From an uncultured Candidatus Binatia bacterium (lineage in GTDB: Bacteria > Desulfobacterota > Binatia > Bin18): a DNA stretch of 64,000 bases. The position numbers and the translations under genes are program-made. The notes under the pieces were generated by a model. It worked only from the letters and a program-made list of their open reading frames with translations, did no database searches and was not told where the DNA came from. Shown one piece after another: positions 49,092 to 58,128 of this stretch. Location: contig OZ243961.1 of assembly GCA_965214605.1 (NCBI GenBank), positions 3,168,001-3,232,000 on the forward strand, written 5' to 3'. Positions within the stretch are counted from its first letter, which is position 1. Every line of letters starts with the position of its first letter.

Positions 49092-49865
49092 ATGGCAGAA
49101 TCGTCTAGTCTGTCTCGGCCGGCTGAGGCAAAAGATCGGATCATCATGGCGCTCGACGTGGCGACACGGAAGAAAGCGCTTCACATCGTTGAAGAATTGG
49201 ACGGGCATGTTTCCTTCTTTAAGGTGGGCTATCAGCTCTTTGTGGCGGAAGGCATGTCCTTTGTTCACGAGCTCAACGAGTGGAACAAACAGGTCCTTCT
49301 TGACCTCAAAATGGACGATGTTGGCGAAACCATCATGCTGGCCGTCCACGAAATCGCCAAGCATAATATCTCTCTTTTGACGGTGCACGGGAACGGCACA
49401 ACCGTACAAGCAGCGCTGAAAGGGCGTGGCTCCTCTCCTTGTCCGAAGATTCTTTCTCTCACCCTTCTGACAAGTCTCAACACAACAGATCTACAAGACT
49501 TGGGCCTTCTTGGAAAACAGGCCAAATGCAAAACGCTGAGTGAGTACGTAGACTGGCGAGCCAAGCAAGCCATAGCGGCTGGGTGTGATGGGTTCATTAG
49601 CGCTGGTGAGAATGTCGCCCGGCTTCGGGCGCAGTACCCCGATACCCTTATCGTCACCCCAGGAGTGCGACTGCAAGGGAGTAAGCGCGATGACCACAAG
49701 CGGTCAACAACACCATACCAAGCTATTGCCGCCGGGGCAAACTATCTTGTCATAGGCCGTCCCATCCGTGATGCGAGCCCAGGAAAAAGAGCAGAAGTGG
49801 CGCAGCGCATCACAGAAGAAATCCAACAGGGTCTTGAGGAGAGAAGCGAAAAGTCTACCGCTTAG
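49092..49865 (+). CDS. pyrF: Orotidine-5'-phosphate decarboxylase
   Basis: 'IIMALD', 'KVG', 'LDLKMDDVGET', 'TVH', 'LTS', 'VTPGVR', 'VIGRPI'. Confidence 0.93.
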   Translation: MAESSSLSRPAEAKDRIIMALDVATRKKALHIVEELDGHVSFFKVGYQLFVAEGMSFVHELNEWNKQVLLDLKMDDVGETIMLAVHEIAKHNISLLTVHGNGTTVQAALKGRGSSPCPKILSLTLLTSLNTTDLQDLGLLGKQAKCKTLSEYVDWRAKQAIAAGCDGFISAGENVARLRAQYPDTLIVTPGVRLQGSKRDDHKRSTTPYQAIAAGANYLVIGRPIRDASPGKRAEVAQRITEEIQQGLEERSEKSTA

Positions 49866-50615
49866 TTTTGAGTGGAGGGACTCGGGCTTCTTCTTGACCT
49901 CCTTCCCGCACGTCTCCTGATCCGGACTGAACATCGCCCGTCCCTCACCATACCGGGCCCTGCTATTGTGCCTCGGGAGTGCGTCGGTGGACTACAACGA
50001 CCGGACGGGACGACGCCTTGACGGAGCCGAGCAGGCCAACTGACGGCCCATCGGGCGTGGACTCCCGGCTCAGCGAGCCCCCGCACGCCGGGGGGACCTC
50101 TGTCCGGCCCAAACCGTCTCATCACACTCGGCTTGAGCCTGGGCGTATTAAGGAACATATAGTGGCAACAAGGCGGGACGGGGGTTGTGTTGTTCAGCCC
50201 AAGTTTGCCGTTAGTAGGCCACTCTAGCATCTTCATTCGAATCGTTGGATTAGCATCTGTTCGGTCGCAAGAACTCCGCCGTGCTTCCCCAGCGGTGTCC
50301 ATAAACCCGCCTCGTATACAAGAGCCGTCGACGCTGCGGATAGTCGAACTGTGTCTCCGGCTGCAGGAAGATTGCCCTGTGTGTTGAAGAGTCCTCTTTC
50401 GTCAGAAGCCGCCTCTTGCCGCCCCACGGAGTCATGCCCCTCAATAGCTGCCTTGACTCTCAGAGAGCGGCTAGAGGCGTGGGAGGATGAACTCTATGAC
50501 AGGGAGAAAAAAATACCTGCAGAGTTGGGGCGCAGGGTGTCCGTGGTACTCCACAGACGTTTTTCTCTAGTCTCTTGAGGTGCTCAAGCTACGTGGGTTT
50601 CTCCAGCGGCGGACT

Positions 50616-51203
50616 TTACACCGAGGTGCTGGGTCGGGCTTTCATCGCCTCGTACCAGCGCGGCAAATTGGTCCAGGCCGGGTCAAGCCTGAACCCGCCT
50701 GTGTAGCGGCTGCTATGGGCGGTCTCAAGACCGATAAATAGCATGATATCGGCAATCGAGAATGCTCCGGCCAGCCACTCTTTGCCCGCTAAGCCGTCGT
50801 TGATAAGCGGCAAACGAGACATCAACACACCTTTGGCGTGATCTGAGACCTCACCTTTGGACAGCACCATACGCGAGGCGGTGAGATACACCCCAATTTC
50901 ACACCGACGCTCCCAGGCCCGAACCTGAGCGCGGCTGACCGCATCGGTGCCAATGAGGGGTGGGTCGGGATAGAGTTCCTCGAGGTATTCCATGATCGGG
51001 AGGGTCTCTGCCAACACGGTTCCGTCGTCGAGTTCCAGGATGGGCACTCCGGCAAACGGATTCTTGGCCAGGAACTCGGGGGCTTTTTGCTCGCCCGCAT
51101 ACAAATCCAACTCTTTGATCGGAAGGTCGAGTTTCTTTTCGGCCAGATAGATGCGGACTTTTCGTGGGTTGGGGGCACGCTTTGTATCAAGATAGAGTAG
51201 CAT
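50616..51203 (-). CDS. Glutathione S-transferase family protein
   Basis: 'APNPRKVRIYLAEK', 'NPFAGVPILELDDG', 'SIADI'; start at ATG 51203. Confidence 0.9.
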   Translation of the reverse strand: MLLYLDTKRAPNPRKVRIYLAEKKLDLPIKELDLYAGEQKAPEFLAKNPFAGVPILELDDGTVLAETLPIMEYLEELYPDPPLIGTDAVSRAQVRAWERRCEIGVYLTASRMVLSKGEVSDHAKGVLMSRLPLINDGLAGKEWLAGAFSIADIMLFIGLETAHSSRYTGGFRLDPAWTNLPRWYEAMKARPSTSV

Positions 51204-51262
51204 GGGCCAGTCCTCTCTGTGGAGTATTTTGGGGCTGAATAGTGTAATTTTCGTCACTCCCA

Positions 51263-51306
51263 TTGTGTATTGCAATAGTTGACACAAGCTGGGCAATCAA
51301 TAGAAT
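51263..51306 (+). promoter_or_regulatory. Sigma70 promoter of the ATP-grasp/egt operon with dyad operator
   Basis: TTGACA (51279-84)-16nt-TAGAAT (51301-06); palindrome TATTGCAATA (51268-77) and TTGTGT..ACACAA dyad overlapping the -35 box. Confidence 0.6.
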
Positions 51307-51370
51307 GCCGGGGCGCAGAGTGGGAGGGGGATTCTCGCTGTGCTCCGAAGCGGACGGAGGTTTTAGCCCT

Positions 51371-52576
51371 ATGGAGGTATTCATCACCTGTCCCTCACAG
51401 AGAGACCGAGACGCTATTACTGATCTCAGCGACCATAACTTCCACCTACTCGACGCGCCGCTCAACCCCCGTACCCCTTCGCCCGAGCTTGATCTGCTGG
51501 CCTATATTGATCAGTGCCGGGATTACATTCGCACGCATCATATCGACGCTATTTTTTACTCGCGGGATGTGGCCGATTTGGTCGCTGCCGCCCTGTGTGA
51601 GGAGTTTGGCTTTCCCGGTCCGAGTGTAGAGTCGGTCTTTCTGTGCCTGCACAAATATTATGGTCGCCGAGCCGAGCCCAACCCGATCCGTTGTCAGGCC
51701 ATTGACCTACACGACCCAGACCCCTCGGTCGCGGTCTACCCGTGCTACCTCAAACCGCCGTGGCTGAATCTGGGTATTCTAGGATTTAAGCTCGAATCCG
51801 CGGCCGACCTCGACCGGGCACTGCGGATTGCGCGCCGAGAGTATCCGGCCTGGTCGCCGCTCTACACGCCGTTTTTCGAGCGTTATGTTGATCTCGAAAA
51901 ATATCCCCTGGCCGTCCGAGATATGATGTTGGTCGAAGAGTTTGTTGACGGTCCTCAGGTGACGGTCGAGGGTTGGGTATACGATCAACAGCCCCACTTG
52001 TGGGCAATTACCGATACCAACACGTATCCTGGAACGCGGGTGATCGATAATTTTTCCCTGCCCTCGCGTCATCCCGCCCATATTCAAGCCGAACTTAAGC
52101 GGCAGGCATGTGCTGCGATTGGCAGCGTGGGCCTGGACAACGGATTTTTTAACATTGAGTTCTGGTGTCACAACGACGGGGTGACCCTGACCGAGGTCAA
52201 CGGCCGAGCTGCAACCTGTTTTTACCGTTTGTACCGCACGTGTTTGGATGCCTGTATTTATGAGGCCGGTCTGACTCTGGCCAGTGGCCAGCCGCCCCGC
52301 CTGAACACAGCGTGTCGCAATGTGGTCGGCGGCCAGTTCAACCTGATTACCTTTGCCGAGGATACGGCCGAAAATCTGCTTGACCACGAGCAGGCCCGTA
52401 CCATTCCCGGCATGACGATTTATTTTGAACCGGGCAGCCAGGTGAGACAGATGAGCGAGTTCGGTATTGTCCTGGGCCAGATTGATCTGTTTGGTGACAG
52501 CTACGAAGAGATTCACGCCCAAGCCGAAGCCATGCGGCGGCGGCTGCTCAAAAGACCCGAGATGTCACCGCGGTAA
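51371..52576 (+). CDS. ATP-grasp domain ligase (amino-acid ligase-like)
   Basis: 'HKYY', 'YPCYLKP', 'MLVEEFVDG..VTVEG', 'GFFNIEF', 'EVNGR'; GGAGG RBS, ATG 51371. Confidence 0.88.
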   Translation: MEVFITCPSQRDRDAITDLSDHNFHLLDAPLNPRTPSPELDLLAYIDQCRDYIRTHHIDAIFYSRDVADLVAAALCEEFGFPGPSVESVFLCLHKYYGRRAEPNPIRCQAIDLHDPDPSVAVYPCYLKPPWLNLGILGFKLESAADLDRALRIARREYPAWSPLYTPFFERYVDLEKYPLAVRDMMLVEEFVDGPQVTVEGWVYDQQPHLWAITDTNTYPGTRVIDNFSLPSRHPAHIQAELKRQACAAIGSVGLDNGFFNIEFWCHNDGVTLTEVNGRAATCFYRLYRTCLDACIYEAGLTLASGQPPRLNTACRNVVGGQFNLITFAEDTAENLLDHEQARTIPGMTIYFEPGSQVRQMSEFGIVLGQIDLFGDSYEEIHAQAEAMRRRLLKRPEMSPR

Positions 52577-52578
52577 AC

Positions 52579-53409
52579 ATGTGTCGCTTGATTACCTACC
52601 TCGGGCCCGAGATTCGGCTTGAACGCGTTGTGAGCGAACCAGAGCACTCGCTGGTGGTACAGAGCTACCGGCCGCAGGAGATGACGGCTGGGGTGGTCAA
52701 CGCCGACGGCTTTGGCTTGGGGTGGTACAACCCACAGCTTGAGCCAACGCCGTGTGTGTATACCAATACCTGTCCCATCTGGAGCGATCGCAATTTGCCC
52801 GGACTAGGCCACCACATTGCGGCCGGGTGTATTTTTGCCAACGTGCGCAGTGCCACCCCGGGTCAGGCGGTGGACCACAGCAATTGCCAGCCGTTTGCCT
52901 ACCAACGTCTGCTGTTTATGCATAACGGCTTTATTGAGAACTTCCGTCACACTCTGATGCGGCCAATTCGAGATGCCCTGCAGGACACGTATTACACCGC
53001 TATCCAGGGTTCGACCGACTCGGAACATATCTTTGCCCTGCTACTCCAGTTTTTGCACGGCCGCGAGTGCACCCAACACAATGTGCTCCTCGCGATGCGG
53101 GCCGCAATCGAACAGCTCGGCCGCTGGGCGGCACCAGCCCGCACGCCGCTGGTCCTCAATCTGGCGCTGACAAACGGCGAGTTTGTCGTTGCCAGCCGTT
53201 TTGCCTCAAGCTCTCCGGCGCCCTCTTTGTACTACGCGTGCGATACCGCCGAATTTCCCCGGGCCGGCCTGCTCGCCTCGGAGCGTCTGTTTGCCAGCCG
53301 GGCGTGGCACGTGGTGGAGGAAGATCGGCTGATCGCTTTTGATGCCCGGCTTCGGCCGGACTGTGTCACGCTCCAGCCGGGAGGGGAGACGACTCGTGCC
53401 TCAGGCTAA
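52579..53409 (+). CDS. egtC: Ergothioneine biosynthesis Ntn-hydrolase EgtC
   Basis: N-terminal 'MCR' nucleophile, 'HSL.VQSY.P.EM..G.VNADGFG.GWY', 'VRSAT', 'HNG', 'TDSE'; adjacent to egtB. Confidence 0.9.
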   Translation: MCRLITYLGPEIRLERVVSEPEHSLVVQSYRPQEMTAGVVNADGFGLGWYNPQLEPTPCVYTNTCPIWSDRNLPGLGHHIAAGCIFANVRSATPGQAVDHSNCQPFAYQRLLFMHNGFIENFRHTLMRPIRDALQDTYYTAIQGSTDSEHIFALLLQFLHGRECTQHNVLLAMRAAIEQLGRWAAPARTPLVLNLALTNGEFVVASRFASSSPAPSLYYACDTAEFPRAGLLASERLFASRAWHVVEEDRLIAFDARLRPDCVTLQPGGETTRASG

Positions 53410-54721
53410 TTCCCATCCCACCCCGTCCCAGCCAGACCGTCTGCTTTTACGCGCCCGGTTTCTTGAGTCGCGCCGCCAGACACTCGGCCTGTTTGCCGAC
53501 GTCAGCGAGGCCGACTTCCGGCGTCAGGCGCATCCCGACTTTAGCCCGGTAGGTTGGCACCTGGGTCATATCGGGGTAACCGAAGAGTACTGGGTCTTAC
53601 AGCGGTGCGAAGGCCAGGGCTGCCTGTCCGAAGACTACGAGCGGTTTTTTTCGCCGACCGAGAATCCGAAAACGAATCGAATCCATCTCCCCAACCGCTC
53701 CGACATCCTGGCCTATCTCGACACAGTCCGGGAAAAAACGTTGGCTGTCCTCGACCGAACCGACTTTCCCCAGTCCCACTCGCTTTTGCAGCAAGCGCGG
53801 ATCTTTCACATGCTGCTCCAGCATGAAGCCCAGCATCAGGAAACCATTACCCTGGTGCTTCAGCTGTTGGCTGCCAGCCAGGACCAGCCGGACCGGTACT
53901 GTGAACCGAGAGGGAACGAGGGTGAAGACGGTCTGACTGACAAGATGGTACACGTCCCGGCTGGTCCTTTTCTGATGGGTAGTAATAGGCTGGATGAGAC
54001 GCTGGACAACGAGCGCCCACAGCACGAGGTGGATGTTGGCGAGTTTTGGATAGATCGCTATCCGGTGACCAACGCCCAGTTTCTGCACTTTGTCCAGGAC
54101 CGTGGCTACCGCCGGCGGGTTTGGTGGAGCGCTGAGGGCTGGGCGTGGCGGGAGAAAAACGCGATCGAACACCCCCGCTACTGGCGCCGGCAGCGGAATG
54201 GCGAGTGGGCCCTGCTCGGCCTGTCACCTTCCCGGACCCTTGCCCCTGATCATCCGGTGATGGGGGTCAGCTGGTATGAGGCTGAGGCGTATGCCCGAGC
54301 GGCGGGCAAGCGTCTGCCGACCGAGGCTGAGTGGGAAAAGGCGGCGTCCTGGGACCCGGAGCGTGGCCACAAGCGAGCCTATCCCTGGGGGGCCGCTCAA
54401 CCCAATCCACAGCACTGCAATAGCGACGCACGCCAGGACGGGACGAGCCCGGTTCAGTACCATCAGGCTGGTGCCAGCGCCTATGGCTGTCTGGATATGC
54501 AGGGCAACGTGTGGGAGTGGACCGCAACCTGCTTTCAACCCTATCCGGATTTTCGCGCCTATCCCTACGACGGCTATTCGGTACCATATTTCGACCATCA
54601 ACATCGGGTCTTGCGGGGCGGCTCGTGGGCGACACGGAGCTCTGTCCTGCGACCGACCTTTCGCAACTGGTATCACCCCTGGATCCGAGAAATCTTTGCC
54701 GGTTTTCGGTGCGTAACATAG
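53396..54721 (+). CDS. egtB: 5-histidylcysteine sulfoxide synthase EgtB-like (DinB + FGE-sulfatase domains)
   Basis: 'SPVGWHLGH', Fe ligands 'HEAQHQE', 'DNERPQH', 'RLPTEAEWEKAA', 'GNVWEW', 'YSVPYF', 'RNWY..IFAGFRC'; GTG start 53396. Confidence 0.88.
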   Translation: MPQANSHPTPSQPDRLLLRARFLESRRQTLGLFADVSEADFRRQAHPDFSPVGWHLGHIGVTEEYWVLQRCEGQGCLSEDYERFFSPTENPKTNRIHLPNRSDILAYLDTVREKTLAVLDRTDFPQSHSLLQQARIFHMLLQHEAQHQETITLVLQLLAASQDQPDRYCEPRGNEGEDGLTDKMVHVPAGPFLMGSNRLDETLDNERPQHEVDVGEFWIDRYPVTNAQFLHFVQDRGYRRRVWWSAEGWAWREKNAIEHPRYWRRQRNGEWALLGLSPSRTLAPDHPVMGVSWYEAEAYARAAGKRLPTEAEWEKAASWDPERGHKRAYPWGAAQPNPQHCNSDARQDGTSPVQYHQAGASAYGCLDMQGNVWEWTATCFQPYPDFRAYPYDGYSVPYFDHQHRVLRGGSWATRSSVLRPTFRNWYHPWIREIFAGFRCVT

Positions 54722-54735
54722 CTCCACAATACCTC

Positions 54736-55728
54736 ATGGATACCCCAACCACTGCTGATAATCGTCTCTATATCTCCTATCCGGTCTCTGCCCTGCCCCG
54801 CTTTCGCGAGGACGTGATCGCTGGGCTGAGTGCTACTCGAAAATCTCTTCCGCCGCGCTATTTTTATGATCGGTATGGCTCAGAGCTCTTTGAGCAGATC
54901 TGTCAACAACCCGAATATTATCCGACTCGGACCGAAGCCGTGCTGATGCGTCAGCGGGCTTCCGAGGTGCTCGACCTCGTCGGCCAGTGTACCCTGGTCG
55001 AACTCGGGAGCGGGAGCGCGGTCAAAACTCGCCTGCTCCTAGACGAGTACCGGCGTCGCGGCTACCCCATGCACTATGTTCCGATCGATATCAGCACCTC
55101 AATGTTACGCGAATCGGCCGAGAGGCTGATCGCCGACTATCCCGAGTTGTCTATCCAAGCCCTGGCCACCGACTATCTCAACGGCCTGGCCGCGCTCCCA
55201 TACGCCCGACAACGTTTGGTCCTGTTTTTGGGCAGCAATCTGGGCAATTTTGACGATGCTGAACAGGCCGAGCTGTTTGGCCGACTAGCGGCCGCGCTCC
55301 AGCCCCAGGATTATTTTCTGCTCGGCCTCGATCTCAGAAAGCCGGTCGATGTCCTAGAGGCCGCCTATAATGACGCGGCCGGAGTAACGGCCGCCTTTAA
55401 CCTCAATATGCTGCGCCGCATCAACCGCGAATTCGGCGCCAATTTCAATCTGTCGCAGTTTAACCACCTGGCCTTTTATAACCGCGCCGAGCACCAGATT
55501 GAAATGCACCTGCAGAGTCAGGTTGCCCAGGAGGTTGAGATTGCCGAGCTGGGCCTCCGGGTGTCCTTTGAGTCCCAAGAAACGATCCATACCGAGATCT
55601 CGCGCAAATTTGACGCCGACCAAGTGGCGGCTCAGCTCCGGTCGTACGGCTTTGATGCGTGTGCGCGATGGACGGATGAGCGTGGCTGGTTCTTAATGAC
55701 TATCTTTCGTTTTGTCGGAAGCCGATAA
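54736..55728 (+). CDS. egtD: L-histidine N(alpha)-methyltransferase EgtD
   Basis: 'KSLPPRYFYD..GSELFEQIC..PEYYPTRTE', 'ELGSGS..KT', 'FLGSNLGNF', 'AYNDAAGVTAAFNLN', 'IHTEISRKF'. Confidence 0.93.
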   Translation: MDTPTTADNRLYISYPVSALPRFREDVIAGLSATRKSLPPRYFYDRYGSELFEQICQQPEYYPTRTEAVLMRQRASEVLDLVGQCTLVELGSGSAVKTRLLLDEYRRRGYPMHYVPIDISTSMLRESAERLIADYPELSIQALATDYLNGLAALPYARQRLVLFLGSNLGNFDDAEQAELFGRLAAALQPQDYFLLGLDLRKPVDVLEAAYNDAAGVTAAFNLNMLRRINREFGANFNLSQFNHLAFYNRAEHQIEMHLQSQVAQEVEIAELGLRVSFESQETIHTEISRKFDADQVAAQLRSYGFDACARWTDERGWFLMTIFRFVGSR

Positions 55729-55751
55729 AAGGAGAACGGTGCTCTCTTGTC

Positions 55752-56777
55752 ATGCGAGGGACCACAAAAAAGCCCCGACTCGTCCTGATTGCGGCCAGTG
55801 GGACGATCAGCATGCACAGAGGGGGGGACGCTGATGGCCACGAGTTCAACTCCTCGTCCACCACTGGCCAGAACATATCGACCTGGACGGCTGCCGACCT
55901 GCTGGCCCAAACCTCACTCCGAGGCCAGTTACGCGTACGCCCCATTGACTTTGTGCCACCGGGCGGTGTCTATCCCGACAACGTCCTAGCCCTGGCCCGT
56001 CGGATTCGGACCGCGGCGACGCCGTCCATTGACGGCATTGTTGTCAGCCACGGCACTGACGCCATGGAGGAGGCCGCCTACGGCGTGGACGAACTCGTGT
56101 CCGTCCCGGTCCCGATTGTCTTCACCGGCGCCATGCGACCCGGCTGGGCCAGCGGCTATGACGGGATTCGGAATCTCGACAACGCGCTGCGGATCGCTAG
56201 CCTGATCCCGCCCGCCTATGGTACCCTGGTCACCCTCAACGATCAGATCTTTGAGGCTTGGAGTGTGTCTAAAGCCGACACCGGGGCCTTGGACGCCTTC
56301 AGCGCGCGCCGGGGGGCGCCGTTTGGGCAGATTGTTGGGGATCAGGTCGAGTGTACCTGGCGGCCGGTCACTCGGCCACGTCTGGGCCGGATTCCAAGAG
56401 ACGTCCCCACCTCGGTACCGATTCTGACCATGGGGTTGGCCGAAGACGCGGCAGTGCTCGACGGTCTGGCCGCGGGCCAGATACAGGGGCTGGTCATTGC
56501 TGGCATGGCGACTGGTACGATTCCTGCCCGGGCCTACGAAAAAGTACTCCGGCTGGCTAAAAGCGGCCTGCCGGTTGTCCTGTGCTCAAGCGCCGCCAGC
56601 GGTTGGACCGCGGCTGAGTATTACTATCCCCATGCCTACGATACCCTGCGGGCGGCCGGGGTGCTGATTGAGGACCATTTGTCCGCCCGGAAAACCCGTC
56701 TGCGTCTGATGCTGTGCCTAGGCCTCGGCGTGCCGTATGTGCCATTTGGCCACGAGTTTGTTATCAGGGCGGAATGA
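55752..56777 (+). CDS. Asparaginase/glutaminase-fold amidohydrolase (divergent)
   Basis: 'SGTIS', 'HGTDAMEE', 'TGAMRP', 'DG..NL', 'SKADT', 'KTRLRLML'. Confidence 0.85.
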   Translation: MRGTTKKPRLVLIAASGTISMHRGGDADGHEFNSSSTTGQNISTWTAADLLAQTSLRGQLRVRPIDFVPPGGVYPDNVLALARRIRTAATPSIDGIVVSHGTDAMEEAAYGVDELVSVPVPIVFTGAMRPGWASGYDGIRNLDNALRIASLIPPAYGTLVTLNDQIFEAWSVSKADTGALDAFSARRGAPFGQIVGDQVECTWRPVTRPRLGRIPRDVPTSVPILTMGLAEDAAVLDGLAAGQIQGLVIAGMATGTIPARAYEKVLRLAKSGLPVVLCSSAASGWTAAEYYYPHAYDTLRAAGVLIEDHLSARKTRLRLMLCLGLGVPYVPFGHEFVIRAE

Positions 56778-58051
56778 AGATGGCGGGTGCAGCTCCACGC
56801 AAGGGCAGGGCTGAGCCGTTTTTCTACGGCTGGTTTATTGTTGCTATCCTGTTTGTCGTTTCTATCATCGATGGTGGATTCACCTATATTTTTTCCGCCT
56901 TTCTCAAGCCTTTATCCGAAGAGTTCGGCTGGACCCGGGCGCAGACCTCGGGTGGCTTCTCCCTGTATCTGCTGGCGGCTGGTACGCTGCTGCCACTGTG
57001 GGGTTGGCTGGCTGACCGGGTCGGGGCACGTTTGGTTTTTCTGCTGAGTGCCCTGATTGATGGGATCGCACTGGTTCTGCTGAGCTATGTGCAAAGTCTG
57101 TTCGCGTTTTATTGCTTATATTTCTTTCTAGGCGCAGGACTGGCCGGGATTGCTCCGACTACGATTGGCAAGATCGTGTCCGAGTGGTTTGTGGCCAAAA
57201 GGGGGCGGGCCATGGGTATGGCCCTGGTCGGAGCCGGGGCGGGCGGGCTGGTACTGGTACCGGTGGCCGGATTTTTGATTGAGGAGTTTACCTGGCGGAT
57301 GGCCTATCGCTTGCTGGCCGCGCTGTCGCTGGGGGTGATGTTTCCCCTGGTGTTGTGCTTTCTGACCGATACGCCCCAGCAGAAAGGACTCTTGCCGCTC
57401 GGCCACGGCGGTCAGGTCGAACACGATGAGCCCGATCTGGTCCCGCCCGGCCAGCTCAACTGGACACTCGGCGCCGCGCTGCGAACGGCGACGTTTTGGT
57501 TGCTGAGCCTCGCCCTGTGCTGCGGGATTGGGGCGGCCATGTCGTTTAACGCCCATCAGGTCGCCCTGCTTCAGGACGCCGGCTTTTCGCTTGAGCTCGC
57601 CTCTTCGATTGCCGGCATTTCCCTGGGCATGAGCATGGGCGGGCGCTTTACGGTCGGCTGGATCAGCGAGTATCGGACTGACCCCCACACCTTGTTAGCC
57701 GTGTGTATGGGCGTACAGGCGATCGGGCTCGGCTTCCTCCTACTCATGCCTAGCCTCAGCAGCTGGGTGCTGCTCTTGGTCGTTCCGTTGTTTGGCCTGG
57801 GCTTCGGGGGTCTGGTCGTGCTGTGGCCCCTGACCATCGGCCATAACTTTGGGCTGAACGCTTTTGGTACGATTGGCGGAGTGATGGGGACGGTGGCAGT
57901 GAGTGTGATCGGAGCGGCGGGGCCGGTTGTGTTGGGCGCTCTCTATGACACAACCGGCAGTTATGACTGGGCGCTAGTGGTATGTATCGGAGTGTTGGTG
58001 ATAGGGGCGGGCGTAGCAAAGCTCACGCCCCTGCCACGCCCGTTTAGGTGA
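56774..58051 (+). CDS. MFS transporter (monocarboxylate/OFA-like)
   Basis: 'FYGW', about 12 TM helices, 'GWLADRVGAR', 'WFVAKRGRAMG', 'YDTTGSY'; ATGA overlap with upstream gene. Confidence 0.92.
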   Translation: MKMAGAAPRKGRAEPFFYGWFIVAILFVVSIIDGGFTYIFSAFLKPLSEEFGWTRAQTSGGFSLYLLAAGTLLPLWGWLADRVGARLVFLLSALIDGIALVLLSYVQSLFAFYCLYFFLGAGLAGIAPTTIGKIVSEWFVAKRGRAMGMALVGAGAGGLVLVPVAGFLIEEFTWRMAYRLLAALSLGVMFPLVLCFLTDTPQQKGLLPLGHGGQVEHDEPDLVPPGQLNWTLGAALRTATFWLLSLALCCGIGAAMSFNAHQVALLQDAGFSLELASSIAGISLGMSMGGRFTVGWISEYRTDPHTLLAVCMGVQAIGLGFLLLMPSLSSWVLLLVVPLFGLGFGGLVVLWPLTIGHNFGLNAFGTIGGVMGTVAVSVIGAAGPVVLGALYDTTGSYDWALVVCIGVLVIGAGVAKLTPLPRPFR

Positions 58052-58128
58052 GTCGGCGCGGCAGTCTTTTGGACTGCGCGCCGGAGCCGGCCCCCCCTTG
58101 GATGACAAAGAGAGCGGGGTGCTCTCTA

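Noticed and set aside
49862-50578. Short ORFs downstream of pyrF as genes or pseudogene fragments
   Set aside because: No recognisable motifs or RBS; cannot be supported without blastx
53396-54721. Selenoneine (SenA) or ovothiol (OvoA) synthase
   Set aside because: No senB glycosyltransferase or selD/senC nearby, no C-terminal methyltransferase fusion, and flanking egtC and egtD favour an EgtB-type role
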